From IMG/VR virus record IMGVR_UViG_3300005512_000158, positions 1 to 34,384 of that record: DNA of 34,384 bases. One strand, written 5' to 3'. Below, in pieces: positions 1 to 10,406 of the stretch. The translations under genes and the position numbers were made by a program. Each line of letters begins with the position of its first letter. The first letter of the stretch is position 1. Source of the DNA: a virus. Taxonomy: Duplodnaviria; Caudoviricetes. Under the pieces are notes generated by a model. The model worked only from the letters and a program-made list of their open reading frames with translations. It had not been told where the DNA came from and did no database searches.

Positions 1-105
1 GGTCGTTTATTGACATTACAATAGTAAAAAAGCAACCCAGTCCACAAAACACTAAACGCTAAGCGCTTACAGCTGCAAAAACGAAACAAAAAACAGCGTT
101 TTCAT

Positions 106-144
106 TGTCCTTTTTTACGCATTGGCACGCCATTAAATTTGGGT
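106..144 (+). promoter_or_regulatory. Putative late promoter (TGTCCTTTT ... TAAATTTG)
   Basis: One of ~7 copies of a fixed-spacing motif upstream of structural operons; ATG at 145. Confidence 0.65.
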
Positions 145-411
145 ATGAAGTTGGTGGACTGCCTAGCAGAAGTTAATGCAACGCGCAATAAAGTGCCGCT
201 GCCTTTTAGTATGGATTTTTGGACCCTTAACCGTAAGCAAAAAACTGGTGGCGAACTTAAGCAGGTTAATAACTACATAGGTACTGGCAGCGCACACGAT
301 GCAATGCAAAACGGCACCATTACCATACGACCTGCAAAAGCAGGCGGCCACCCAATTACCGTACACATTAGAAATATAGTAAAGCTAAATGGCGAAAAAG
401 TTTACTGGTAA
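145..411 (+). CDS. Small hypothetical protein preceding the portal
   Basis: ORF 139..411; ATG at 145 follows the promoter motif; overlaps the portal start. Confidence 0.7.
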   Translation: MKLVDCLAEVNATRNKVPLPFSMDFWTLNRKQKTGGELKQVNNYIGTGSAHDAMQNGTITIRPAKAGGHPITVHIRNIVKLNGEKVYW

Positions 412-1744
412 AATTGAAGAATTAACCAACGGTATTTACCACGTTGATGTGTACGATGGCGCTGTGGTGGCTATTGAAAACACCATTAAGAAAAAAGGAA
501 CGCCAACGCAGGTGCTTTTTGATGGTAAAAAGCAGCACAACTTTGTGCCGTGGGGCACAGATAATAAGTTTCCAGAAACGGTAAAAGATGTGGTGCAAAA
601 AAACACCATACTTAGTGCCAGACTAGCGCAGCGCGTGGCACGCATATACAGTGGTGGTGTTATGTGGGGCACACTTTCTTACGATGATAACGGCAACGAA
701 AAATTCAAACCTGCTATGGCAGGAACCGAAGCCAACGAGATACGCCAATGGCTAAGAAACACAAATTTTCAGCATTGGTTTTACACGAGTATTGCCAACG
801 AAGTTTACCTTAAACAAAGCTGGACAGAATTAGTGCTTAATGAAAGCGGTACAGCTGTTGGTAAAATGGTGGCACATAAAGCGAAGTACTGCCGCCACGC
901 TTGGAAAAACCCACGAACTGGCCAAATTGAGCAAACATTTATTTATGGCGATTGGGCGAAAGACCCAAACGGCAAAGGCGCTGCCAGGCTTAATACAATA
1001 GATCCATTGTATGATGCTGTAGGCCAAATTAAAAACCAGCGCGCGCGTAATGTAGTGGTACCGGTAGCAATGCCAGATGTACTACAAGATTACTACGCAC
1101 TTGCACCGTGGGACAGCGCGCGACAAAGTAGCTGGCTTTCTGTAGCTGAACAAATACCAGAGTTTAAGGCGGCTATTATGAAAAACCAGATAGCACCAAA
1201 GTATCTTATAAAAGTAAGTTACGACTACTGGCGCACCAGGTACCCAAACTGGGAACAGCTAGAACAAGCTGAACGTAAAGCCAAGTACGATGCCTTTATT
1301 AAAGAAGTAAGCGAAACACTAAGCACCGCCAGCAACGCAGGCAAAAGCATTTTTAGTATTAACAAGTTTAACCCTGCCACTAACCAGCAGGTGGAAGGCA
1401 TAACCATAGAAGAAATTGGCAGCAAATTTAAAGATGGCCAATACATAGAGGACAGCAACGAAGCCAGCACGCACATACTTACTGCACTTGGCGAAGATCC
1501 AACACTTAGCGGCAATGGTCCTGGTAAAAATTATGGCGCAGGTAGTGGAAGCGATAAAAAGGTGGCGTGGGACATTGCCTATGCGCTAGAACGACCAGTG
1601 CAAGACATTCTGCTTGAACCTTTAAACATTGTAAGAGATTTTAACGGATGGAACCCAGACCTAGTTTTTAGGTGCCGCTATGGTATGCAGGCAAATTTAT
1701 ACAGTGGCACTGGCGTGCCTAAAACTTCAAACGCACCAGAGTAA
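389..1744 (+). CDS. Portal protein
   Basis: 451 aa; VPWGTDNKFP, YY..PW, GAGSGSDK motifs typical of Bacteroidota phage portals; follows terL on the circular map. Confidence 0.8.
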   Translation: MAKKFTGKIEELTNGIYHVDVYDGAVVAIENTIKKKGTPTQVLFDGKKQHNFVPWGTDNKFPETVKDVVQKNTILSARLAQRVARIYSGGVMWGTLSYDDNGNEKFKPAMAGTEANEIRQWLRNTNFQHWFYTSIANEVYLKQSWTELVLNESGTAVGKMVAHKAKYCRHAWKNPRTGQIEQTFIYGDWAKDPNGKGAARLNTIDPLYDAVGQIKNQRARNVVVPVAMPDVLQDYYALAPWDSARQSSWLSVAEQIPEFKAAIMKNQIAPKYLIKVSYDYWRTRYPNWEQLEQAERKAKYDAFIKEVSETLSTASNAGKSIFSINKFNPATNQQVEGITIEEIGSKFKDGQYIEDSNEASTHILTALGEDPTLSGNGPGKNYGAGSGSDKKVAWDIAYALERPVQDILLEPLNIVRDFNGWNPDLVFRCRYGMQANLYSGTGVPKTSNAPE

Positions 1745-2742
1745 TGGCAATACTGCAAGAAACAGACTTTAAAAATTCAGTACCAGTATTAAAAAGTTTA
1801 AGCTGGTCGTTACTTAATGCCAGCGTACAGCAGGCAGAACGCGATTACTTAAAGCCAATACTTGGCAGCACAGAGTATTCAAATTTGGTAACAGCTTCTG
1901 CCAGCTTACCACTTACTGGTTCCACGCTTGCGCTTTACGACCAGTTAAAAGAACCACTGGCGCAAATGGCTGCATACTTGGCGGTGCCAGATATTGATAT
2001 TAATTTAAGTACGCACGGTTTTACCGTACATAAAGACGAAAACAGCGCACCAGCTAGTCAAAAAAGAGTTGAACAGTTTAGGCTTAGCCAACTGCGTAAA
2101 GCAATGGCTGGTTTTGATGCTTTGCTAGAATGGCTGGAAACCAACGCAGCTACATACCCAGACTGGGCAGCAGGCGAAGGCTATACCGAACTTAAACAAG
2201 GTTTTGTTAATACCACTGCAAACTTTAACGAAGTGGTGGATATTAACAACAGCCGCCACTTGTTTATGCGCCTGCGACCTTATAGGCGTAAAGTTGAGCA
2301 GTACGAATTAAAAAGCTACTTAGGTACTGATTTGTACGATGAAATGCGCACGCAAATTACCACCAACGCTGTAAGTGCAGACAACCAAGAACTGATACCG
2401 TTTATTAAAGAAGCGGTGGCAAATCGTGCAATAGCTAAAGGTATTTTGGCGCTTAACCTGCAAATTGATGAGCGCGGCTATTTATCTGCTGGCATTCAAG
2501 AAAGCCACACAATGAAAATGCAGCAGCAGGCTAAAGATGAGCACATAAATACGTTGGTAAAACAGTACAATGCAGAAGCAGATGCATTTTTTGAAAAGCT
2601 GCGCAGCTACTTAAACCAAGAAGCCAGCGCCAGTAAGTATGCTGTTTACTTCAATTCTGATTTATACGTTGATCCAAACGGTGCCGACCCAAACGAGGAC
2701 CGGCACGAAAACCAAGGCAGCGACCCACTTTTTATTTTCTAA
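1744..2742 (+). CDS. Head-tail adaptor-like protein (DUF6712-like) with internal duplication
   Basis: 332 aa; two similar halves (AERDYLKPILGSTEYSNL / VEQYELKSYLGTDLYDEM); coupled to the portal by TAATG. Confidence 0.6.
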   Translation: MAILQETDFKNSVPVLKSLSWSLLNASVQQAERDYLKPILGSTEYSNLVTASASLPLTGSTLALYDQLKEPLAQMAAYLAVPDIDINLSTHGFTVHKDENSAPASQKRVEQFRLSQLRKAMAGFDALLEWLETNAATYPDWAAGEGYTELKQGFVNTTANFNEVVDINNSRHLFMRLRPYRRKVEQYELKSYLGTDLYDEMRTQITTNAVSADNQELIPFIKEAVANRAIAKGILALNLQIDERGYLSAGIQESHTMKMQQQAKDEHINTLVKQYNAEADAFFEKLRSYLNQEASASKYAVYFNSDLYVDPNGADPNEDRHENQGSDPLFIF

Positions 2743-2751
2743 AACACGTTA

Positions 2752-3213
2752 ATGGTAGATATGCAGAATACGCTAGAATTATTCGCGGCCATTGCCACAA
2801 AAAGCAAAATAGCAGCCTTGGCGTTCTTTAAATTTACAATAGCCACCGCTGTGGCTTACATAGCACCAGCACACGATCTTCTGGTGGGTATGGGCGTTAT
2901 CATATTCCTTGACCTAGCCACCGGCATTTACAAACAAATACGCGCCAATGGCATTAAATCCATTAACGCTTCTGGCTTTAAAAAAACTGCAGATAAAATA
3001 GTGCTTTACCCTTGCGGTATTATTGCTGCGTACTTTTTAGAAACACACTGGATGCCAGAATTGCCAGTAATGAGAATAAGCACCGTGTGGTTTGCTATTA
3101 CAGAGGTAAAAAGCATTTTTGAGAACGTAGGTAGCATACTCGGTGTTGATGCGTGGGGCGCTATTTGGCCGCGTATTAAGGATTACTTCGATAACATAGG
3201 CAAGACAAAATGA
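2752..3213 (+). CDS. Holin (phage holin 4-like)
   Basis: Several hydrophobic helices; DLATGI, SGFKKT..K and E.KSIFEN motifs; directly upstream of the endolysin. Confidence 0.8.
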   Translation: MVDMQNTLELFAAIATKSKIAALAFFKFTIATAVAYIAPAHDLLVGMGVIIFLDLATGIYKQIRANGIKSINASGFKKTADKIVLYPCGIIAAYFLETHWMPELPVMRISTVWFAITEVKSIFENVGSILGVDAWGAIWPRIKDYFDNIGKTK

Positions 3214-3821
3214 ACGCACTACAGCATTTACAACAAGAAGCTGGCGTGGCAGCAGATGGTGCTTTTGGTCCTTTAACACTTAAGGCGGCAGCTGCTTTAC
3301 TTGGTTTAAACAACCACAAAGCCGCCCACTTCTTTGCGCAGTGCGCACACGAAAGCGCTAATTTTTCGCGGTTTGAAGAAAACCTTAATTACAGCGCAGA
3401 TGGTTTACGTTCTGTTTTTCGGAAGTACTTTACACCAGAACAAGCTGCGCAATATGCACGCCAGCCAGAACGCATTGCCAACCGTGTTTATGCCAACCGT
3501 ATGGGTAATGGTCCAGAAATAAGTGGCGATGGCTGGAAGTTTAAAGGCCGTGGTGCACTACAGCTTACTGGGCGCAATAATTACCAGTTATTCAGTGCTT
3601 ATGTAAATGATGAAACCATACTGCAAAACCCTGCACCAGTAGCTACTGTTTATGCCTTTAAAAGTGCTATGTGGTTTTTCGACCAGAACCGCTTATGGAG
3701 TATTTGCGCGCAGGGCGTAAACGATGAAACCATAACTAAACTTACCAAGCGCATAAATGGCGGCACTAATGGCTTAGAACACCGCAAAGAACTTACCAAA
3801 AAGTATGCGCAATGGGTATAA
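3210..3821 (+). CDS. Endolysin, glycoside hydrolase family 19, with short N-terminal peptidoglycan-binding segment
   Basis: ADGAFGPLT; HFFAQCAHES; GRGALQLTGRNNY; INGGTNGL. Confidence 0.92.
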   Translation: MNALQHLQQEAGVAADGAFGPLTLKAAAALLGLNNHKAAHFFAQCAHESANFSRFEENLNYSADGLRSVFRKYFTPEQAAQYARQPERIANRVYANRMGNGPEISGDGWKFKGRGALQLTGRNNYQLFSAYVNDETILQNPAPVATVYAFKSAMWFFDQNRLWSICAQGVNDETITKLTKRINGGTNGLEHRKELTKKYAQWV

Positions 3822-3952
3822 CTAGAAACCAAAGAGAACTAAGATTTTATTTAAAGTTAAGAGATGAGGGAATTAGCCATAAAAAGGCTGTAAAAATGTT
3901 CCCGAAAGATTACCGAGAAAAAGCAAAAAGAATGAAAAAGTTTTACCGGTAA
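3812..3952 (+). CDS. Small basic protein, 46 aa (not in ORF track)
   Basis: Hand translation MGITRNQRELRFYLKLRDEGISHKKAVKMFPKDYREKAKRMKKFYR; start overlaps the endolysin 3' end and the ORF fills the gap. Confidence 0.45.
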   Translation: MGITRNQRELRFYLKLRDEGISHKKAVKMFPKDYREKAKRMKKFYR

Positions 3953-3973
3953 TGAAAAACAAAAACTGCCGCA

Positions 3974-4378
3974 TTGACTGTATTAAAAAGCTTTAAACCT
4001 TACGCCATTGGCGCTGTAGTTGGCGCAGTAGTTTGCTTCTGCATAATTATGGCTGTAAACCAAATGCTGCCAGATACCACTGTAAGTGTAGATAACACCT
4101 ACCTGCAGCAGCGCTTACAGTTAGAAGCTAAAGCCAAACGCCAAGCAGAAGAAAACAAGCAGCTAAGCGTAAAGGTGCAAGCGCTTACCGATACCATAGA
4201 ACTACTAAAAAAAGCACCAACCCAAATAAGCTACACCAATGCAGCAAACCGTATTAAAAATTGGCATTTGCCTAATGATAGTGCCACAGCTTTGCTTTTC
4301 GCAAGATTGGCAGCAGAAGATACCAATCGACTGCGATACGTGTACCGTAATTACACCGTACCAGGTAAAGCAGATTAA
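3974..4378 (+). CDS. Spanin-like inner-membrane protein
   Basis: N-terminal TM helix followed by coiled coil; in the lysis cassette; overlapped by the next gene. Confidence 0.55.
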   Translation: MTVLKSFKPYAIGAVVGAVVCFCIIMAVNQMLPDTTVSVDNTYLQQRLQLEAKAKRQAEENKQLSVKVQALTDTIELLKKAPTQISYTNAANRIKNWHLPNDSATALLFARLAAEDTNRLRYVYRNYTVPGKAD

Positions 4379-4673
4379 CCGTATTTACGATGATCGTACA
4401 GAGTGCTGGCAGCAGTATGTGGCTGCTGTTCAACTGCTAGACCGTATGCAGCAGCGGCACGATATGCAAATTAAATTACTAGCTACTGCCAAGGCAGAAT
4501 ACAAAACACTGCAGCAGGTGCAAGCGCTTACAGATGCTGAGTTTAAACGCTACCAAAAACAAACGCTTAAACTGCAGCGTGCACTTAAGCGTAATAAAAC
4601 ATTGGTGTGGGTGTTGGCAGGTTATGGCGCTGCTGCCACAGCCGTAGCTGCTGTTTTTATTGCTGCTAATTAG
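4239..4673 (+). CDS. Second spanin-like envelope protein
   Basis: Overlaps the previous gene in another frame; signal-like N-terminus, CxxC, coiled coil, C-terminal TM helix. Confidence 0.5.
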   Translation: MQQTVLKIGICLMIVPQLCFSQDWQQKIPIDCDTCTVITPYQVKQINRIYDDRTECWQQYVAAVQLLDRMQQRHDMQIKLLATAKAEYKTLQQVQALTDAEFKRYQKQTLKLQRALKRNKTLVWVLAGYGAAATAVAAVFIAAN

Positions 4674-4692
4674 TACAAAACAGCCGTTTATT

Positions 4693-4732
4693 TGTCCTTT
4701 TTTAGCAGCGTTTACGTGCCGAAATTGGCACT
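4693..4732 (+). promoter_or_regulatory. Putative late promoter (TGTCCTTTT ... GAAATTGG)
   Basis: Same motif and spacing; ATG at 4733. Confidence 0.65.
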
Positions 4733-5569
4733 ATGATGTACGCACAGCTGCAGTTTGGCGCTAATTTTTACAGCATTGATATACCTAATGGCTGGGACCA
4801 ATTAACACCAGAACAGTTTGAAGCCGTAAACTACATTAAGTGCACCAGCACAGATAAGCGGCTAATGGTATTCGAGGTGCTAATGGCTTTACTACCATTA
4901 ACGCGCGCACATCTTTCTGGCTTAGTGCTGCACCTGCTGCAAATTAAGCAATGGCGCGCAGCATTTAATATGGCGCTGCTTTACGTGTTTTTTGATAAGC
5001 GTAAACTGTGGCAGTTTTTTGCTACTGATGATGTAATTGATGCACTGCCAGCCATAGATTGGCTTTTTGATAATAAGCAGAATAAGTTTACCAGTGCCAT
5101 ACCTAAATTAAAGCACAAAGGCATTAATTACAATGGTCCACGCACGCTGCTTAGCGGTGTTACTTGGCAGCAGATGAAGCTGGCAGATACTATTATTCAG
5201 CGCTTTGTAGATACTAAAAACGAAGCTTTGCTTAATGATTTAGCAGCGGTGCTTTACGTGCAAGAAGGCTACCAGCTTAATGTTGAGGATGAAAGCGTGC
5301 CAGAGCGCATAAAGTTGTTTACTAACCTGCGCGCACCGCTTAAGTATGCTATTTACACCAATTACGTACTGCTGCGCGATGCATTTTACCAGCAGTTTGA
5401 GTTACCCACTGCAGAAATAGCACTGGAAGGCCGCCCAGATTGGGAAGCCGTAACACTTTCTGTGGCAGAAAATGGCAGCTTGGGACCGTACCAAGATGTG
5501 GAAAAAACGCCAGCACGCACGGTTCTTAAGTATTTCGAGAAAAAACACAAGGAAACCAAGAATAAATAA
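4733..5569 (+). CDS. Hypothetical tail-module protein (possible tail assembly chaperone)
   Basis: 278 aa, IPNGWDQLT motif; first gene of the tail operon; function from position only. Confidence 0.4.
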   Translation: MMYAQLQFGANFYSIDIPNGWDQLTPEQFEAVNYIKCTSTDKRLMVFEVLMALLPLTRAHLSGLVLHLLQIKQWRAAFNMALLYVFFDKRKLWQFFATDDVIDALPAIDWLFDNKQNKFTSAIPKLKHKGINYNGPRTLLSGVTWQQMKLADTIIQRFVDTKNEALLNDLAAVLYVQEGYQLNVEDESVPERIKLFTNLRAPLKYAIYTNYVLLRDAFYQQFELPTAEIALEGRPDWEAVTLSVAENGSLGPYQDVEKTPARTVLKYFEKKHKETKNK

Positions 5570-6057
5570 TGGCGCAGATTACCGATTTAGAAACATTTAG
5601 GGCTTTTTGGCGCGATGAAATTGTGGCGCGCACGCCATTGCTTAATGGTTTTACAGAACTGGCAAATAACGAAGCTTACGACACTATAAAAGGCGATGGC
5701 ATTACCAGCCCGTTTATGGTGCTACTGCAGCCAGAGTTTAGAACTATAGACAACCGTACAATTAACGTGCAGCGCAGTGTAGATTTTGGCTTTTTTATTC
5801 TGAAAGCTGCCGAGTTTAAAGGCGATAATGCAGAAATAAAAACCATACAAAACGACTGCTTTAGTATTTGTGAACAGATAATTGGCAGGCTGGACTACCT
5901 AAACGAAGAAAAAGAATTTTTCGGTAAGTACCACGCCACCAATACGCAATACGAAGAAGTGGGCGGCCTATTTGGTGGCAACCACTATGGCGTGCAGTGC
6001 TTTGGGCAGTTTATTACTTACGATAGCATTAGACATAATGCTGCAAACTGGATTTAA
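5569..6057 (+). CDS. Putative tail terminator/completion protein
   Basis: 162 aa acidic alpha/beta protein; size and position. Confidence 0.45.
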   Translation: MAQITDLETFRAFWRDEIVARTPLLNGFTELANNEAYDTIKGDGITSPFMVLLQPEFRTIDNRTINVQRSVDFGFFILKAAEFKGDNAEIKTIQNDCFSICEQIIGRLDYLNEEKEFFGKYHATNTQYEEVGGLFGGNHYGVQCFGQFITYDSIRHNAANWI

Positions 6058-6060
6058 AAA

Positions 6061-7662
6061 ATGAGTTTAACAGTAATTTCTGAACCTGGTGTAATTGCAT
6101 ACAGCAAAAACCCTATCGAATGGCACCTGCGCAGCGCAAATTATGTTACTACGCAGCCAGTAGCTGGTGTTTACGAAATGGTATTTACAACCAAGCTTAC
6201 CACCATTGGCAGTGCTTTAACACTTAGTTGGAATGGCAACAGTGTTACCTTTTTTGTGGATACCACCACTGATGCAAACGGTTATTTATTGCCAGATGAT
6301 ATACCCAGTACAACAGTAGGCCAATACTGCGAAGCGTTAGCAGATACGTGGTTTACTGCGCAGTACTTACTGCAAAAAGATTTTATTATTGAATACGTTG
6401 CCACAAACACTGTACGCTTTACTGCGCGCGAAGCTGGTACAGAATTGGCACTTACTTACACTACAGATATACCAAGTGGCGAAGCGGTATTTTCTACCGC
6501 TACCACACCGGTGGGCTTGGATGTATTAGATAATTACGCAGTAATTATGGATGTTGAGGTGGAAGAAACGTACGGCAGTGGCACCTTTACACGTATTGGC
6601 ACGCTACACGCCACACCAACTTTGTACGATGATGCAGGAACATTAAAGGGCGATGCTAAACTAGATGTGCAGGAATTAATAGATGGTTTTTTGCAAACTA
6701 GAGAAGATGCACCAAACCCTGCAAGCGCCACGGCATTTGCTGCAGATAATACCAATTTAATGTACCGCGTAGTTTATGCCGAACGCTACAGCATAAACAG
6801 TTCTTTTGTTACGGTTTACCGTACGCAAAGCGATAATAAGCGCGTACTAAAAGGTGGTTTAAATTACCAAGATGTGGCTAATGTTGGCGATTTAGATACC
6901 AACTATTTCAGTGCAGCACTTAAACCGTTTAATACATTCCAGCCATTTACTAAAGAAGTAACGGCAAACGAACTGCACTGGATATACTGGTGCACGCCAC
7001 ACCAACTTACTGGCATTGATCAATACCGTACATTCTTTACGGTTTATTACACAGATGGCACCACAGATACTTCTGCACCAGACCTTACCACGCAAGATAA
7101 GTACGAAACGTACGCTTATGCTGTAGGTTTTGAGCAGCGCAGTTTAGATACACTGCAGCCTGCCAAAATACCGTACAAATACACGCTGCAAATATCCATA
7201 CAAGGCACAGCCACTACAGATACGGTGGTGCAAACCTTTTGGCTGGTAGATGAAACCAGGCAGGATAAGCAGTTTTTATTTGAGAATGGCGTGCAGGGCT
7301 GGGACACACTGCGCTGCAATGGCGATGCTGTAAACAGTGCCGCGTTTAGCAAAAAAGAAGCGTTAAACGTGCTGCAAGATGGCTACAGCGCTACAGATAG
7401 AATTATTGAAGTAAAAAGCGAAGGCTTTACAGACACCACCAAAGTGTTTACTGGTTTTAAACCAAAAGCAGAAGCGGCACACTTGCGTGCTTTCCTTAAT
7501 TCTGAAAAGGTGTACGAAGTGGTAAACGGTGTACTGGTACCAGTAGTGGTAAACGCTTCTAAAAGCTTTGAATTAGAGCACGAAAAAACGGGCGACTATG
7601 GTTATGGCTTAGAGTTTACCTACCGCCACGCATTCTTAAACAAAGGCTACAGCAACGCATAA
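6061..7662 (+). CDS. Minor tail protein (distal tail-like)
   Basis: 533 aa, beta-rich; C-terminal FLFENGVQGWDTL..G motif seen in Bacteroidota phage tail proteins. Confidence 0.6.
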   Translation: MSLTVISEPGVIAYSKNPIEWHLRSANYVTTQPVAGVYEMVFTTKLTTIGSALTLSWNGNSVTFFVDTTTDANGYLLPDDIPSTTVGQYCEALADTWFTAQYLLQKDFIIEYVATNTVRFTAREAGTELALTYTTDIPSGEAVFSTATTPVGLDVLDNYAVIMDVEVEETYGSGTFTRIGTLHATPTLYDDAGTLKGDAKLDVQELIDGFLQTREDAPNPASATAFAADNTNLMYRVVYAERYSINSSFVTVYRTQSDNKRVLKGGLNYQDVANVGDLDTNYFSAALKPFNTFQPFTKEVTANELHWIYWCTPHQLTGIDQYRTFFTVYYTDGTTDTSAPDLTTQDKYETYAYAVGFEQRSLDTLQPAKIPYKYTLQISIQGTATTDTVVQTFWLVDETRQDKQFLFENGVQGWDTLRCNGDAVNSAAFSKKEALNVLQDGYSATDRIIEVKSEGFTDTTKVFTGFKPKAEAAHLRAFLNSEKVYEVVNGVLVPVVVNASKSFELEHEKTGDYGYGLEFTYRHAFLNKGYSNA

Positions 7663-7664
7663 AT

Positions 7665-10025
7665 ATGATTGGTTTTAAACTAAGTAATGGCGATGTAATT
7701 ACACTTGATGCAGCAGCAAAGGTGGAATTTGAACTGGTAAGCAGTTTGTTTTCTGATGATATACCAGCTGCGCACAGTACCAATATTGTGGTGCCAGATG
7801 TAAACGGCAATTTTAAGAAGCTTGGCTACGCTAACCGCTTCGATATTTTGCAGCGCACTATTAAGCACGATAATGTGCAGATGGTTATTGATGGCCGCCC
7901 AGAGTACAGCGGTAAGTTATTTGTAAGACGTAAAACCAAAAAAGGGCTTAACTGCTTTTTTATTCCTAATGGTTTTGCGGTGGATATCTTAGACCAAAAG
8001 CTTACAGATGTAAACTATGGCGCAGATGTAAACCTTGGCAGCAGCACCAGTGCCGTGGTTACTGCAGCCAGTGGTTATGTGGCGCAAAATTACCCAGACG
8101 TAAATTTTAATTTCCCTACTATGTACGCGCCAAAAGCGTACAGCATAGAAGATGCTGTGGCGTGGCGCAGTGTAGATAACACAGATTTCTTTGAGTTTGA
8201 TACAGCATACGCAGTAAACGATTATGTACAGTACTTAATTGATGGCGAACCAAACCTGCGCGGCATTTACCGCTGCATTACAGCCACCACTGCTGGCGAA
8301 GATCCACTGGGTACACCAGCCAAGTGGCAGCTAGAGAATGGAAACTGCCTTATAAATAACTGGGACCACAGCAGCAGTGCTTTTTACAGTAATGCCATTA
8401 CTGGGCTTGAAACATTTAACAAGCACGCACTAAGCCCACAGCTGTACACAAAGTTTATACTTAACAGAATTGGCGGCACGTATGGCCACCAAATTGCTGG
8501 CGAGTTTATGCAAGATGAAGCTACCGACCAGCTACTTACACACAATAATTTACTGCTAGACCGTGGCGAACGTAGTTACTACGTGCGTGCAGAACAAGAT
8601 GGTATTTACCACGCTGCGCTTAACCCAAACGGTACCGGTACCTGGCAGCAAATTACCGCAACAGCTAACGCTTTGGTGTTTAATGATGAAACTACCACAC
8701 CTAACGAGGATGCAGATAATAACCTTACGCAAGCTGGTGTGGCTAGCCGTTACACTATACAAAATGCAGGAAACCACACGTTTACCTTTTACGTGGTAAT
8801 AAGTGCAAATAATACAATAGGGTTTACACGTTTGCTGCTGCACTTGCCTTACAGTGGCAGCACGCCTAATGTGGCAGATCCTTACTCGCTAATACCTGCA
8901 GGTTTTACTGGTGTATTTGAATACAGCTACACGTACAATGCAACGGCTGCAGATGTTGGTAATTACGTGCAGTTTGAAATATCCAATTTATCTGGTGCAT
9001 ACCAATTACAAATGGATGCTGGCAGCTATGTGGTTATTAATAATAACGCTGTGGAAAATATGAACCGATACCAGGGCGTGGTGCAGCATAACCAACACGT
9101 GCCAGATGTAACGGTGGCAGATTACTTAATTGGCATTAAGCGCAGGTTTAATTTGAATGTGATTATTGATTTACGCGCTAAAACCATACTGCTAGACTAT
9201 GCTAAAAACGTGCTAGCTGCTGCGCCAAGCGATTACACCAACCAACTGCAAGCGGCCACCTACGATTTTAAAGAGCCGGAAGGCATTACCATTACCGAAA
9301 GCTTTAACAGTGGGCTGGATATTGAAGATGGCGAAGGCTTAACCATTGCACAAACGGTAAATAGTTTGGCAGATATAGATGTGCTATTTATGGCACCGCT
9401 AAATATTGGCGATGTGGTTTACTCGAAAGCAGAAAACAAAATTTACAAAGTAGCTGCTTTTAATAGCGTAGTAAAAACCGCCCAGAGTTTAGGCAACTAT
9501 TACCCAGAGTTTATAAATGGCGATGGTAAAAAAGCGCTGGAAATGATTGGCCAGCCTGCCAATATGGAAGCGGTTAAAACAGATGCAGACACCATTGTGG
9601 TGCCACGCTTCGATTTTGTATTTAGTTCTGCGCTGTTTGCAATGGGCAGGAATGAATGCCCACTGGTATTTTCATTCTGGCACGGCCTTAAAGATGGCCA
9701 AGAAGCTGCTGTGCAGTTTCCATTTGCTACACCACACGCATTTAACCCAAATGGCAGCGCAATAAGTGGCGCGGTAGATCTTCGGTTTTACGATGATAGT
9801 ACCAGCGTTTGGCAGCAGCAGCATAAAGAGTGGCAGCGCAAAGTTGATGGTGCGCTAGAAGTATTTGCACCTGCAAACCTTACGCTTACAGATGTTTTTA
9901 AGTGGGACTTTTCGCGGCCAATACACAAGCGCAACGAACTAATGGTGCGCAGTAAATTAATTTATGAAATTAACCAAGAAGGCGCTGTGCGCGCAGAAGT
10001 GCAGGCGCTTAAAATTATACCGTAA
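7665..10025 (+). CDS. Tail tip/hub protein with inserted carbohydrate-binding-like module
   Basis: 786 aa; hub-like N-terminus and VPDVTVADYL motif; YAVNDYV...YRCI...P....W resembles CBM5/12. Confidence 0.6.
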   Translation: MIGFKLSNGDVITLDAAAKVEFELVSSLFSDDIPAAHSTNIVVPDVNGNFKKLGYANRFDILQRTIKHDNVQMVIDGRPEYSGKLFVRRKTKKGLNCFFIPNGFAVDILDQKLTDVNYGADVNLGSSTSAVVTAASGYVAQNYPDVNFNFPTMYAPKAYSIEDAVAWRSVDNTDFFEFDTAYAVNDYVQYLIDGEPNLRGIYRCITATTAGEDPLGTPAKWQLENGNCLINNWDHSSSAFYSNAITGLETFNKHALSPQLYTKFILNRIGGTYGHQIAGEFMQDEATDQLLTHNNLLLDRGERSYYVRAEQDGIYHAALNPNGTGTWQQITATANALVFNDETTTPNEDADNNLTQAGVASRYTIQNAGNHTFTFYVVISANNTIGFTRLLLHLPYSGSTPNVADPYSLIPAGFTGVFEYSYTYNATAADVGNYVQFEISNLSGAYQLQMDAGSYVVINNNAVENMNRYQGVVQHNQHVPDVTVADYLIGIKRRFNLNVIIDLRAKTILLDYAKNVLAAAPSDYTNQLQAATYDFKEPEGITITESFNSGLDIEDGEGLTIAQTVNSLADIDVLFMAPLNIGDVVYSKAENKIYKVAAFNSVVKTAQSLGNYYPEFINGDGKKALEMIGQPANMEAVKTDADTIVVPRFDFVFSSALFAMGRNECPLVFSFWHGLKDGQEAAVQFPFATPHAFNPNGSAISGAVDLRFYDDSTSVWQQQHKEWQRKVDGALEVFAPANLTLTDVFKWDFSRPIHKRNELMVRSKLIYEINQEGAVRAEVQALKIIP

Positions 10026-10406
10026 GTGAGTAATTACGATGCTTTTATAACACAAGAACTGCAAGCCAGTATGCAGCGAATGGTGCGCAATATGATAAGC
10101 GCAGCCCAAAGTATGGGTATTGGTGTTACTGGCAGCTTAATAAGCAGTATAAAGCAGCGCGTGGCTGGCCACGTTGGTATGCTAATTTTTAACCAATCTG
10201 GCCGGTACCGAGATATGGGCGTTGGGCGTGGTGTGTCTTTGCAAGAAGTAAAAACCGTAGCGCGCGGTGGCAGAAAGGTGGGCAGGTTTTACAGTAAAAC
10301 TGCATACAAAGAAGTTAGCACACTGGTGTACAATATATCCAGCAAATACGTAGAAGAAACCGTGCAGCAAATGCAAAAAATGGATGGCTTAAAAATAGAA
10401 GTGTAA
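10026..10406 (+). CDS. Putative neck/tail-completion protein (HK97 gp10-like)
   Basis: TGSLISSI and YRDMGVG motifs; basic; directly before the tape measure. Confidence 0.5.
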   Translation: MSNYDAFITQELQASMQRMVRNMISAAQSMGIGVTGSLISSIKQRVAGHVGMLIFNQSGRYRDMGVGRGVSLQEVKTVARGGRKVGRFYSKTAYKEVSTLVYNISSKYVEETVQQMQKMDGLKIEV

